A stretch of DNA of 64,000 nt, taken from an uncultured bacterium. GTDB lineage: Bacteria; Patescibacteriota; Minisyncoccia; Phycocordibacterales; GWA1-40-21. Location: assembly GCA_963804975.1 (NCBI GenBank), contig CAWDSG010000002.1, positions 341,015 to 405,014 on the forward strand, given 5' to 3'. A program made the translations under genes and the position numbers. This document shows positions 9,191 to 18,504 of the stretch, piece after piece. The first letter of the stretch is position 1; each line of letters starts with the position of its first letter. The notes under the pieces were generated by a model that made no database searches, had not been told where the DNA came from, and saw only the letters and a list, made by a program, of their open reading frames with translations.

Positions 9191-9697
9191 ATGATAGAAC
9201 TTATAACAACGTCGTTTTTCGTTTTCTCATCTATCTATGGAGGGCCGACAGGAGCTGTGGCAGATAATCAAGCTGCAACTTCTCCGGAACCTACGATAGC
9301 TAAAGAGGCGACAACGACCACAAACCTGCCTACCGGCCAGGCAGGAATACCGACAAACGAAGGAATCAAAGCTAAAGCGATAGCTTACTTCAAAAACACG
9401 CCGATACTTGCGGATATTGCCGGATGCGAATCAAGATTCAGGCAGTATGACAAGAACGGCAAAGTATTGATTGGCGAGGTCAATAAAGGCGATATCGGAG
9501 TCATGCAGATAAACAAATATTATCATGCAGACAAAGCGGAATCGCTCGGTTATGACCTCAATACTGCGGAAGGCAATATGGCATATGCCAAGTATCTCTA
9601 TGAGAAGGAAGGCACAAAGCCATGGAATTCGTCATCGGCTTGCTGGAAAGGAGGAGATACGCAATCTTCCTCGACAGATCAGGTCGCAATGAGATAA
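9191..9697 (+). CDS. SLT/lysozyme-like exported protein (putative lytic transglycosylase)
   Basis: IAGCESRFRQ...DIGVMQIN...GNMAYAKYLY...PWNSSSACW; carries an in-frame palindrome at 9325-9345. Confidence 0.7.
   Translation: MIELITTSFFVFSSIYGGPTGAVADNQAATSPEPTIAKEATTTTNLPTGQAGIPTNEGIKAKAIAYFKNTPILADIAGCESRFRQYDKNGKVLIGEVNKGDIGVMQINKYYHADKAESLGYDLNTAEGNMAYAKYLYEKEGTKPWNSSSACWKGGDTQSSSTDQVAMR
9325..9345. repeat. 21-nt palindrome inserted in frame (reads LPTGQAG)
   Basis: CCTGCCT-ACCGGCC-AGGCAGG; near copy in fmt at 50765-50785. Confidence 0.75.
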
Positions 9698-9807
9698 AAG
9701 CTCGCTCGGATATTCAATTTTGAGATCCGCATAATTTTCTGCTGAAAATTTGCTCAGGACTTGTGCCGTCGCACTCCGTAGCTCTCAAAATTGAATGTCC
9801 TCGCTCG
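9698..9807 (+). repeat. Structured dispersed repeat, copy 2
   Basis: 18-bp arms at 9708-9725 and 9783-9800; 102/110 identical to 59357-59466. Confidence 0.92.
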
Positions 9808-9895
9808 TGCTAATGGTTAGGGAATAGCTGGCTTATAGTAGTTGTGTCGCACAATATATCTTTGCGACACGATATGCTAAGGAAGCCCTTCTAAC

Positions 9896-10516
9896 TCATT
9901 CTTTAAAATCAAATAGGTCTTCTTCGCTAAAACGAACTTTGGGTAATTTAGCATGAGTATCATCAGAACTTCTGTACCCTATTGGAAGAAGGACTTTCGG
10001 TTCCAGATTGTCTGGCAAGTTCAGAGCTTTTTTAACGGATGTAAAATCCACTGCTTCCATAGCACAAGAATCGACTTTAAGTTCGGCACAAGCCGCTATA
10101 GCAAAGCCAAGAGCTATATATGTCTGTTCGGTTGCCCATTCCGCTCCCATTTTTTCCGAGAATTCAACAGCGCCGTTTTCATAGTTATATTCGGGGTCGT
10201 TTGTAATATCAGCTCTGCCTGTTTTGGAAGCTATTTGAACGAAATCTTTGGCTCTTTTTCTTATATCTAAATCTGCACAGAACACCAATACATGCGAACA
10301 AGTTATTATTTGTTTTTGATCCCAAAAAGCTCGTGGATTTAAATCCTTTTTAAGTTGGTCATTTTCAATTACAGTAATGTGATATGGTTGAATGCCAAAC
10401 GAACTTGGAGATAGACGAATGGTTTCTAATATTTTTTTTAAAATATCTTCCGGCACTTTTCTGCCGTCAAATTCTTTTGTGGCATATCGCCAATTTAGAT
10501 TTTCAATAAATCCCAT
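9896..10516 (-). CDS. Nitroreductase family NAD(P)H oxidoreductase
   Basis: WRYATKEFD...LSPSSFGIQPY...DSCAMEA...IGYRS...PKVR. Confidence 0.92.
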   Translation of the reverse strand: MGFIENLNWRYATKEFDGRKVPEDILKKILETIRLSPSSFGIQPYHITVIENDQLKKDLNPRAFWDQKQIITCSHVLVFCADLDIRKRAKDFVQIASKTGRADITNDPEYNYENGAVEFSEKMGAEWATEQTYIALGFAIAACAELKVDSCAMEAVDFTSVKKALNLPDNLEPKVLLPIGYRSSDDTHAKLPKVRFSEEDLFDFKE

Positions 10517-10544
10517 TTTATTTCCTCAATCTTGCTTTCTTGCT

Positions 10545-10814
10545 TTACGGTGTTGTGCTTGTTGCTGCCGTGTGAAGACCGGCTTGAATTCCATTCCAGA
10601 GGACGCCGACAATAAGCGTGTTCCAAATCCACATAACAGGGCCGGAAATCCATGACCAAATAGTAACTAATATGTTCCAAAGCCAAGAAAGGTTTGCCTG
10701 CACCGGCTGGGAATGTATGACGTTGTTTATATTAATGCCAAAATAACCCAAGACGATGAGTATCAAAATGATAATTATTACGTCCATTATCAATCCTCCT
10801 TTGTTATATTTCAT
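10545..10814 (-). CDS. Small membrane protein
   Basis: KGG followed by a hydrophobic helix ending LGYFGINI; Trp-rich amphipathic C-terminal half. Confidence 0.65.
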   Translation of the reverse strand: MKYNKGGLIMDVIIIILILIVLGYFGININNVIHSQPVQANLSWLWNILVTIWSWISGPVMWIWNTLIVGVLWNGIQAGLHTAATSTTP

Positions 10815-10869
10815 ATAAAAATTTGCTTATAGATGAATAAATAACCTTTGTCAAATTATACCATAATTT

Positions 10870-12210
10870 TTATTGCAAATCATCTATTGCCGACTTTATC
10901 CTTTTAAGAGATTCAGTTTTACCAAGAGTATTCAACAGAATAAACGGATCGGGGGACTTTTCCCTTCCTGAAAGCGATACTCGGAGAGGCCATAAAACAT
11001 TGCCTCTCCCCTTCTTTTCGGCAAACGGCATCAAAGTTTCTTTCAGTTTTTCCGATATAAAATTTTTATCGGATATTTTTTCTAAAATTTTAGATATTGC
11101 AGAAAGATTTTCTTTGGCTTCAGTTTGAGTACTTTCTTTTTTCCAGACAATCATATTTTTATCTATCTTTGGCGCTTCAAAAAAGTACTGTATATCTCTA
11201 TCAGCAACCATTTTGTCTATATCGGACCAGACGCTTATCCTTTCTTTGATTATCGGCTCAATTTTCTCTATTATTTTCTTGTCTTGGCAATTTTTCGGCA
11301 ACCTATTCCCTATTTCCTCAATAATTTTTTGAGCGGGAAGTTTCCTCATATATTCCTTGTTGAACCACAAAAGTTTTTCTATATTGAAAACTGCACCGGC
11401 TTTCTGCACTTTCATAATATCAAATTTTTCTATAATTTCGTCCATAGGCATAATTTCTTCAGTCCCTCCTGGATTCCATCCGCAGAATGCGAGAAAATTT
11501 ACCATCGCTTCCGGCAAGAATCCCTGTTCCCTGTAATATTTCAGAGAAACCATTTCGCCTAATTGCCTTTTTGAAAGTTTTGATCTGTTGGTATTCAAAA
11601 TAAACGGCATATGGGCATATATCGGTCTTGGAGCGCCGATTGCTTCCTGTATGAGAATCTGCCTCGGAGTATTATAAATTCCATCCTCCCCTCTTATTAT
11701 GTGAGTCACTCTCATTTCAAAATCATCCACAACGACGGCAAAATGATATATCGGCTCGCTCAAACTTTTTGCAATGACAAAATCGCCGAGCTCTGCGGTA
11801 TCCACCGCCACTTCGCCTCGTATCATATCTTCAAATACGACTTTTTTGCCCGGATTTTTAAGGCGTATGACCTCGGTTCTCTGGCCTTCTTCCTTTATTT
11901 CCTCTTTTGAAACATAAGCTTTTCCTTCAGCAATGATTTTTTCCAGATATTTTTTGTAAGTGGCGGTATGTTCGGATTGCTTATAAATATTCTTAAAATC
12001 AATATCAATACCGAGCCATTTCAGGCCGTCTATGATATCGTCGGCATATTCTTTCTTTGAACGCTCTTTGTCGGTGTCTTCAAGCCGGAAAAGAAGCTCG
12101 CCTTTGTTTTTTTTGACGAAAAAATAATTAAAAAGCGCCGTTCGGGCATTGCCGATATGAAAAGGACCGGTCGGCGAAGGCGGAAATCTTGCTATAATTT
12201 TATTCTTCAT
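10870..12210 (-). CDS. gltX: Glutamyl-tRNA synthetase
   Basis: RFPPSPTG, HIGN, THIIRGED and KLSKR motifs. Confidence 0.96.
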   Translation of the reverse strand: MKNKIIARFPPSPTGPFHIGNARTALFNYFFVKKNKGELLFRLEDTDKERSKKEYADDIIDGLKWLGIDIDFKNIYKQSEHTATYKKYLEKIIAEGKAYVSKEEIKEEGQRTEVIRLKNPGKKVVFEDMIRGEVAVDTAELGDFVIAKSLSEPIYHFAVVVDDFEMRVTHIIRGEDGIYNTPRQILIQEAIGAPRPIYAHMPFILNTNRSKLSKRQLGEMVSLKYYREQGFLPEAMVNFLAFCGWNPGGTEEIMPMDEIIEKFDIMKVQKAGAVFNIEKLLWFNKEYMRKLPAQKIIEEIGNRLPKNCQDKKIIEKIEPIIKERISVWSDIDKMVADRDIQYFFEAPKIDKNMIVWKKESTQTEAKENLSAISKILEKISDKNFISEKLKETLMPFAEKKGRGNVLWPLRVSLSGREKSPDPFILLNTLGKTESLKRIKSAIDDLQ

Positions 12211-13330
12211 GCTTTAAACCAAGATTAAGTATCTCTTTTGCGATCAGATGCGCGGCGTCTGTTTTGATGAAGCTTTTTGCGCCATCGGACATTTTTTTCG
12301 CGAGAGCTTTATCATCCATAATCCTTTTTATTTCCGCCAGAAGAATATTCGGCGATAAGTTCCCTTCTTCAATGACTGTGGCTCCGCCGAACTCGGCATA
12401 ATAATAGGCGTTTTGCCTCTGATGGTCGCCGTTTGAATTGGTAATCGGAATTATAATGCTCGGGATTCCCCAAGTGGCTATTTCAAAAATTGTTGAACCA
12501 GCCCGCGATACGATAAGATTTGCGGCGCCTGCGGCCATTGTCATATTGAGATTGTCCAGATAATCAAACGGCCTGTACCGGTCTTTGTGCGCATTGTCGG
12601 CAAGGATGACGCTTGCGGCGCCGAGCGTTTCTCCCATATTCGCCTTCCCTATCTGATGGATTACATAATACTGTGCCACAAGGTCAGGGAGAATATTCAG
12701 TATTTTTTCATTGATGATTTGAGCGCCAAGCGAGCCGCCGAGCACCAATATCGCCGGAATATTTTCTTTAAGATTGAGGAACTGCCTTGCGCTTTCCCGC
12801 GTCTCTGCCATCACGATATTTTTTCTGACCGGATTTCCGGTAACGGCGACTTTTGACGCGTTGAAAAATTTTGCCGCCGAAGGATATGATACGGCGATTC
12901 TTTTTGCGAATTTTCCGGCCCAAAGATTCGTCCTTCCCGGCGAAGAATCGGACTCATGTATGATAATAGGTATTCTGAAAAATCTAGCCGCTACAAGCAC
13001 GGGAAAACTCGTATACGCTCCTTTGCTGAAAACAACATCCGGAAATACATGGAATACTTTTATTGCCGCCGAAAAAATACCGGCTATTGCTTTGAAAATG
13101 TCAAAAAAATTGAGAACGGAAAAATATCTTCGCAACTTACCAGCGGGAATCTTTATGAATTGTACGTTGTTTTCAACGAGCATTTCCGCGTCGTGCGGAG
13201 AATCGGACATATAAAAAAGCTCCACCGGAAGCAATTTTTCCTCTTTGACTATTTTATTTATTTCTTCCGCGACGGCTATAAGCGGATAAAAATGCCCGCC
13301 TGATCCGCCGCCTGTCAATAAAATCTTCAT
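12200..13330 (-). CDS. murG: Lipid II GlcNAc transferase MurG
   Basis: TGGGSGGHFYP, HES, TGNPVR, GGSLGA, SRAG and HQRQNA motifs. Confidence 0.96.
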   Translation of the reverse strand: MKILLTGGGSGGHFYPLIAVAEEINKIVKEEKLLPVELFYMSDSPHDAEMLVENNVQFIKIPAGKLRRYFSVLNFFDIFKAIAGIFSAAIKVFHVFPDVVFSKGAYTSFPVLVAARFFRIPIIIHESDSSPGRTNLWAGKFAKRIAVSYPSAAKFFNASKVAVTGNPVRKNIVMAETRESARQFLNLKENIPAILVLGGSLGAQIINEKILNILPDLVAQYYVIHQIGKANMGETLGAASVILADNAHKDRYRPFDYLDNLNMTMAAGAANLIVSRAGSTIFEIATWGIPSIIIPITNSNGDHQRQNAYYYAEFGGATVIEEGNLSPNILLAEIKRIMDDKALAKKMSDGAKSFIKTDAAHLIAKEILNLGLKHEE

Positions 13331-13338
13331 CTTATATT

Positions 13339-14436
13339 TTAATTAGCAAATTTTGAAATATTCAGAACAATTCCCAATTCCGCAAGCATTATAAACATTG
13401 ATGTTCCTCCTTGGCTGAAAAATGCAAGCGGAATGCCGGAAAAAGGCACGATGCCAAGCACTGAGCCGATGTTTGTAAAAGATTGGATCGCTATGATTAT
13501 AACAATTCCAACCACTAAAAGTCCACTGAAATTATCGGGCGCTTTAATGGCGATGCGCAAACCCTTGAATATGAAAAAAAGCAGAAATCCGATGACGCAG
13601 ATGCAGCCGACAAAACCAAGCTCTTCGGCCAGAACGGCAAAAATAGAATCGGTTATGGATTCCGGGAGAAAATTGTATTTCTGGATGCTTTGTCCCAGGC
13701 CTCTTCCGAAAAATTGCCCAGAACCAATCGCAATCAGGGATTGTTGGACCTGATATCCCGACGTCAGGGAATTTTCCGCCGGATGTATGAATGTTTCGAT
13801 CCTTGACATTACATAAGGCCGTGAAAACGCGATTGCCGCAAGACAGACGGCGCCGATGATTAAAATCAAAAAAATATGCTTGAATTTGCCGCCGGCAGCC
13901 AGAAACATGGCGATTCCCGTAAGGCAGATGATGATAAAGGAATCCGTGTCAGGCTCCAGCAAAAGCGGCACAGCAATAATTCCAAGTATGACTATAAGCG
14001 GTATCAGGCCGAATTTGATATCTGTAACTTTATCTTTAACGGAAGAAAGCCAGGCCGCGAAGTATACGACAAAGCCGATATTCAACAGAGCGACCGGCTC
14101 CAAAGAGAGCCCGGCAAAAACGATCCATCGGCGGGCGCCGTTTATTTTTGCTCCGACATGAGGAATAAAGACCGCAATCGTTATGAGAAGCGAGGCAAGA
14201 AAAATAAACAAAGCGTATTTTTTGAAAAATTTATAATTTATTTTTGAAAAGACGAAGCAAGCCAAAAGACCGAGTATGATTCCGAAAAATGCCTGCTTGA
14301 AAGCGATGGAACTGAACTCTGCGCTGTTCTCGGCCAAAAGCCCCATTGAAGCGGACATAAAAATCACAAAACCGAAAACAACAAGCGCTATGATTGAAAA
14401 CAGGAATGTTTTGTCTACCTCAAAAATCTTGGACAT
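13339..14436 (-). CDS. ftsW: SEDS peptidoglycan polymerase FtsW
   Basis: NGARRWI, GYQVQQS, LPESITDSIF, EELG and GGTS motifs; lies between mraY and murG. Confidence 0.92.
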   Translation of the reverse strand: MSKIFEVDKTFLFSIIALVVFGFVIFMSASMGLLAENSAEFSSIAFKQAFFGIILGLLACFVFSKINYKFFKKYALFIFLASLLITIAVFIPHVGAKINGARRWIVFAGLSLEPVALLNIGFVVYFAAWLSSVKDKVTDIKFGLIPLIVILGIIAVPLLLEPDTDSFIIICLTGIAMFLAAGGKFKHIFLILIIGAVCLAAIAFSRPYVMSRIETFIHPAENSLTSGYQVQQSLIAIGSGQFFGRGLGQSIQKYNFLPESITDSIFAVLAEELGFVGCICVIGFLLFFIFKGLRIAIKAPDNFSGLLVVGIVIIIAIQSFTNIGSVLGIVPFSGIPLAFFSQGGTSMFIMLAELGIVLNISKFAN

Positions 14437-14488
14437 TCTGGTTGAAAAATTTTAATTTGCGATTTTTTTAATCCGTTTTTGTGCCAGC

Positions 14489-15547
14489 TTAACTCACTAA
14501 AACCAAAATAGTTCCGAGAATAACCGACATGACCGCAATAATCCAGTATCTCATCACTATTTTTTCTCTTGACCACCCGATAGCTTCAAGATGGTGATGA
14601 AGCGGCGCAACCTTGAATACTTTTTTATTGAAAAATTTGTACGAAACAATCTGAATGATATCGGAAAGCGAAGTGGCGACCAAAGGAAAAGCGATAATCG
14701 GCAGTACAAGAACGGAATTCGTTATAAACGCAATGACGGAAATCAAGACGGTAAGCCCAAGCATGCCGGTTTCTCCCATATAAAACCGAGCCGGCGGGAC
14801 ATTGAACCAAAGAAACGCCAAAATTCCTCCAGAGGTCGCTGCGCACAAAGCAGAGATATCTATCTGATGATTGGCGAAAGAAATAATGGCGTATGCGGTG
14901 AAAATTGAAGCCAGAATTCCGCCCGAAAGCCCGTCAATTCCGTCAACAACACTTGTGGAAAAAACCGCAAGCATAATGATGACGAAAAAAGGTATGAACA
15001 GCAGACCGATCGTCGCGTCTCCGAAAAACGGTACGTGGATATAATTTACGCCAAGCTTGTAATAAAACCAAAGGCTGATAAAAAAGCCTATAGCGATGAC
15101 CGTAACAATTTTTATTTTTCTGTAAATCAATTTATCTTCCGCGTACGATCCTTTTCCGATTATCTGCAGTATGTCGTCAATAAGCCCTATAATCGCTCCG
15201 GCAATGAATGCGGCAAGCGGAACCAGCGTCTGGTTTCTGCTCAAAAAATTCAATTTGGAAGTCATATCGTTCGGAAAAATTATAGACAGGAGATAAATCA
15301 ATCCGATGGAAAGAAGCACCGATATCCAGATAATAATTCCGCCAATCCTTGGAGTCGAAAGCTCGCCTTTGGTATTATGGATTTTTGCGAAATTGTCGTT
15401 TGTATCCGATAAAGTCCTCGGATTTTTTTTCCACATCTTATGCCTGTAAAAAAAATCGGTGAAAAAAGGCGTAATGAAAATAGCCAAAAAAAATGTCAAA
15501 GCGGACGGTATAACGACTTTTAATACATCTATCATCATTTTATTCAA
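14489..15547 (-). CDS. mraY: Phospho-MurNAc-pentapeptide transferase
   Basis: TPRIGG, DD, DGIDGL, FNVPPARFYMGETG and APLHHHLE motifs. Confidence 0.95.
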   Translation of the reverse strand: MNKMMIDVLKVVIPSALTFFLAIFITPFFTDFFYRHKMWKKNPRTLSDTNDNFAKIHNTKGELSTPRIGGIIIWISVLLSIGLIYLLSIIFPNDMTSKLNFLSRNQTLVPLAAFIAGAIIGLIDDILQIIGKGSYAEDKLIYRKIKIVTVIAIGFFISLWFYYKLGVNYIHVPFFGDATIGLLFIPFFVIIMLAVFSTSVVDGIDGLSGGILASIFTAYAIISFANHQIDISALCAATSGGILAFLWFNVPPARFYMGETGMLGLTVLISVIAFITNSVLVLPIIAFPLVATSLSDIIQIVSYKFFNKKVFKVAPLHHHLEAIGWSREKIVMRYWIIAVMSVILGTILVLVS

Positions 15548-17379
15548 GATTTAACGATAAAAATATTGTACCATAACGCGAGCATCAATAAAGTGTAGAT
15601 TTTTCTTGAATTGTCCGTTTTCTTGCCGGTATGGTCCGAAATCATTTTTCGGATATAATCGGTGTTAAAGTGTTTTTTTATATATTCGTTGCCGAGGATT
15701 TTTTCAAAAATATTTTTTCTGTCCTCGGTAAGCCAGTTTCTTATCGGTATGGGAAAACCGAGTTTTTTTCTGACACGCGTTTTTTCAGGAATGATATTTT
15801 TAAACGATTCCCGCAGCAGATATTTTGTGATTCCTCCTTTCCATTTCAATCTGTCCGGCAGTATCTGTGCGAGCTTATACACTTCCATATCCAAAAACGG
15901 CACACGGAGTTCAAGGGAATGAGCCATTGTCATTTTGTCCGCTTTGGCCAAAATGTCGCCGACAAGCCAAGTATTTATGTCTATATACTGCATTTTTGAC
16001 GAATCGGAAAGGTTTTTTATATTCTGGTACAGAGGTTTTAAGGAAATTGCCGTGTAATTGCCCCCTTTCCATAAATTTGCCAGTTCATTTTTTTTGAAAA
16101 TTGACGCGTTTCCGATGTACCAATCCTCGATATTTTCATACGCCCTGTGCAAAAAATTTTTTCCCCAAAAATAAAAAGGCAGGCGGATAAAAAATCCGAT
16201 CAAATTTTTGGGCAGCCATGATATTTTTTTGTAGGCGAACGGAGCGAGATAAATGTTGTATCCGCCGAAAAGCTCGTCGGCGCCTTCGCCCGAAAGGACG
16301 ACGGTAACATGTTTTCTCGCTTCTCTGGCCACAAAATAAAGCCCGATAGCCGAAGGGTCCGCGACCGGCTCGTCAAAATGCCATGCCGCCTTTTCCAAAT
16401 GCGAGAAATATTCATCCGGTCCGACAGTGATTTCCGTATGGTCGGTTCCCAAAAAATCCGATGTCTGCATTGATTCCCTGCCTTCGGTCAGCGTATCAAA
16501 TCCCACCGTAAACGTTTTTACTTTTTTGCCTTTTTTTGTGCGGTTCAAAATTTTCTGCATCAAAGTGGCAATGATGCTTGAATCGATTCCACCCGATAAA
16601 AACGATCCGACGGGGACATCGGCAATCATATGATGCTCCACGGAATCCTCAATGGTTTTTAATGTTTTATTTTTAAGGTTTCCATTCAAATCGCTGTTTT
16701 GCCGGAATTCAAAAGACCAATATCTTTTTATCTCATATTTTCCGGAATCGACGGAAATTTTCATAAAATGGCCGGGCGAGAGCTTGAAAATATTTTTTAA
16801 AAAAGTTTCTTCCAGAGGATTGTATTGAAAGGACAGGTAGTTATATACGGCGTTGTCATTAACTTCCCTTTTAAAAGCGGGAATAGACAAGAAACTTTTT
16901 ATTTCCGATGAAAAAGCTAAAACGGAATTTTCCTGTTTTAAATAATATAATGGCTTGATGCCGAAGAAATCTCTGGCTATGAAAATAGTTTTTGCGTTCC
17001 TGTCATAAATTGAAAATGCGAACATTCCCCTTAATTTTACCAGCATTTTATCGCCGTATTTTTCGTAGAGATGCAAAATCACTTCCGTGTCGGAATTCGT
17101 TTTCCAGACAAAATCTTTTTCAATCTCTTTTCTCAGTTCTTTGTAATTGTAAATCTCGCCGTTAAAAAAAATAATTTTTGATCCGTCATCGGATAAAATA
17201 GGCTGTTTTCCCGTAGAAAGATCTATTATAGATAATCTTCTCATGCCCAATCCCACGAAATTATCAGCAAAATAACCATCCTGGTCAGGACCTCGATGGA
17301 CAAGAGCATCAACCATTTTTCTGTTTATGCCGGCCTTGTCCGGTATATTCGCGCCGATAATTCCGCAGATTCCGCACAT
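15544..17379 (-). CDS. asnB: Glutamine-hydrolysing asparagine synthetase family amidotransferase
   Basis: MCGICG, HRGPD, RLSIID, NGEIYN, LSGGIDSS, SGEGADELFGGY and ELRVPFLD motifs. Confidence 0.93.
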   Translation of the reverse strand: MCGICGIIGANIPDKAGINRKMVDALVHRGPDQDGYFADNFVGLGMRRLSIIDLSTGKQPILSDDGSKIIFFNGEIYNYKELRKEIEKDFVWKTNSDTEVILHLYEKYGDKMLVKLRGMFAFSIYDRNAKTIFIARDFFGIKPLYYLKQENSVLAFSSEIKSFLSIPAFKREVNDNAVYNYLSFQYNPLEETFLKNIFKLSPGHFMKISVDSGKYEIKRYWSFEFRQNSDLNGNLKNKTLKTIEDSVEHHMIADVPVGSFLSGGIDSSIIATLMQKILNRTKKGKKVKTFTVGFDTLTEGRESMQTSDFLGTDHTEITVGPDEYFSHLEKAAWHFDEPVADPSAIGLYFVAREARKHVTVVLSGEGADELFGGYNIYLAPFAYKKISWLPKNLIGFFIRLPFYFWGKNFLHRAYENIEDWYIGNASIFKKNELANLWKGGNYTAISLKPLYQNIKNLSDSSKMQYIDINTWLVGDILAKADKMTMAHSLELRVPFLDMEVYKLAQILPDRLKWKGGITKYLLRESFKNIIPEKTRVRKKLGFPIPIRNWLTEDRKNIFEKILGNEYIKKHFNTDYIRKMISDHTGKKTDNSRKIYTLLMLALWYNIFIVKS

Positions 17380-17428
17380 ATTTCATAATTTAACATATTT
17401 TTACACAAAAGTCCTCTATTTTTAACAA

Positions 17429-17528
17429 GCAAAGGAAGTAATTTTAAATGCCTTGGGAGGAGCGACGGCGACGTACAGAGAAAATTTTCAGCAGAAAATT
17501 TTCGTGCATTTAAAATTACTTCCTTTGC
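17429..17528 (-). repeat. Structured dispersed repeat, copy 3 (23-bp perfect arms, 54-nt core)
   Basis: GCAAAGGAAGTAATTTTAAATGC at 17429-17451 and its exact reverse complement at 17506-17528; minus-strand core matches the core of copy 1. Confidence 0.9.
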
Positions 17529-17572
17529 GAGTCTTATTCTTTTTGACTTTTTATTTCTTGCGAGACAATTAT

Positions 17573-18496
17573 TCATTCGGAAAGTTTCTCAAGTGCAACA
17601 TGCACGAGCTGTTCCATATCCGAAAACCTGCCTTTTTCGGTCGAACCGAGCAGAGAGATGATCACCGGATGCATGGGGCCGGCGTCAAATGCGATGACAA
17701 GGTTTCCTCCGGCAAGATCGGTATAGCCGGTTTTTGAAGCAATCAGCCCGGGAATCTTGTTTACAAGCATATCGGTATTTATGGCGATATGCTTTATGCC
17801 GTTTTCCGAAACAAAAGATGCCGATTCCTCGGTTGTTTTAGATACAAGAGAAGGATAATTTTCCAATATTTTCTGCAAAAGCACGGCGATATCGCATGCG
17901 GAACTGTAAGCGCCGCCCATATCCGTATTTACATCAAGCCCGGTTTCATTGAAAAAAATTGTGTTTGCAAGTTCAAGCGTTTTGGCTTTTTTATTCATCA
18001 AATCTATTGTACTTGAACTCCGTTCTCCTTCATATTCGTTAAGCGTGCGAGAAAGAGCATGAATGCCGTCATTTGAAGAGCTCATTAAACTGAAATCAAG
18101 AAGATCCACAGCACTCCATTTTTCGCCGGAAAGAAGCCCGGTATCGCCTTCCTCGGCTATATCTTCTTTGCTGATTACAATCGTGCTTGTGGCGGGCAAG
18201 TTTTCGGTAATGATGAGCCCGGACATAAGCTTTGTTATGGAGGCAATCGGCAATTGTTCATGCTCATTTTTTGCAAAAAGAGCTTTTTTTCCGTTTACAT
18301 CGTATACATAAAACGATTTTGCCTGAATGCTCGCGAGCTCGGGCGAATAATCGTAAGTTTCATTCGCTGTTTGTTTGTTTTTTTCGGAAGTGTTCGTAAA
18401 TATTCTGACGCCTAAAATGACAATAATTATGGCAAGGATAAAAAAGAGCGAAAATAAAATAATTTCATTTCTATTTAAAATTTTTTCCTCATCCAT
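17573..18496 (-). CDS. D-alanyl-D-alanine carboxypeptidase (peptidase S11)
   Basis: SxxK (SITK), SxN (SSN) and KTG motifs; N-terminal TM helix. Confidence 0.9.
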   Translation of the reverse strand: MDEEKILNRNEIILFSLFFILAIIIVILGVRIFTNTSEKNKQTANETYDYSPELASIQAKSFYVYDVNGKKALFAKNEHEQLPIASITKLMSGLIITENLPATSTIVISKEDIAEEGDTGLLSGEKWSAVDLLDFSLMSSSNDGIHALSRTLNEYEGERSSSTIDLMNKKAKTLELANTIFFNETGLDVNTDMGGAYSSACDIAVLLQKILENYPSLVSKTTEESASFVSENGIKHIAINTDMLVNKIPGLIASKTGYTDLAGGNLVIAFDAGPMHPVIISLLGSTEKGRFSDMEQLVHVALEKLSE

Positions 18497-18504
18497 ATTT
18501 GTAT

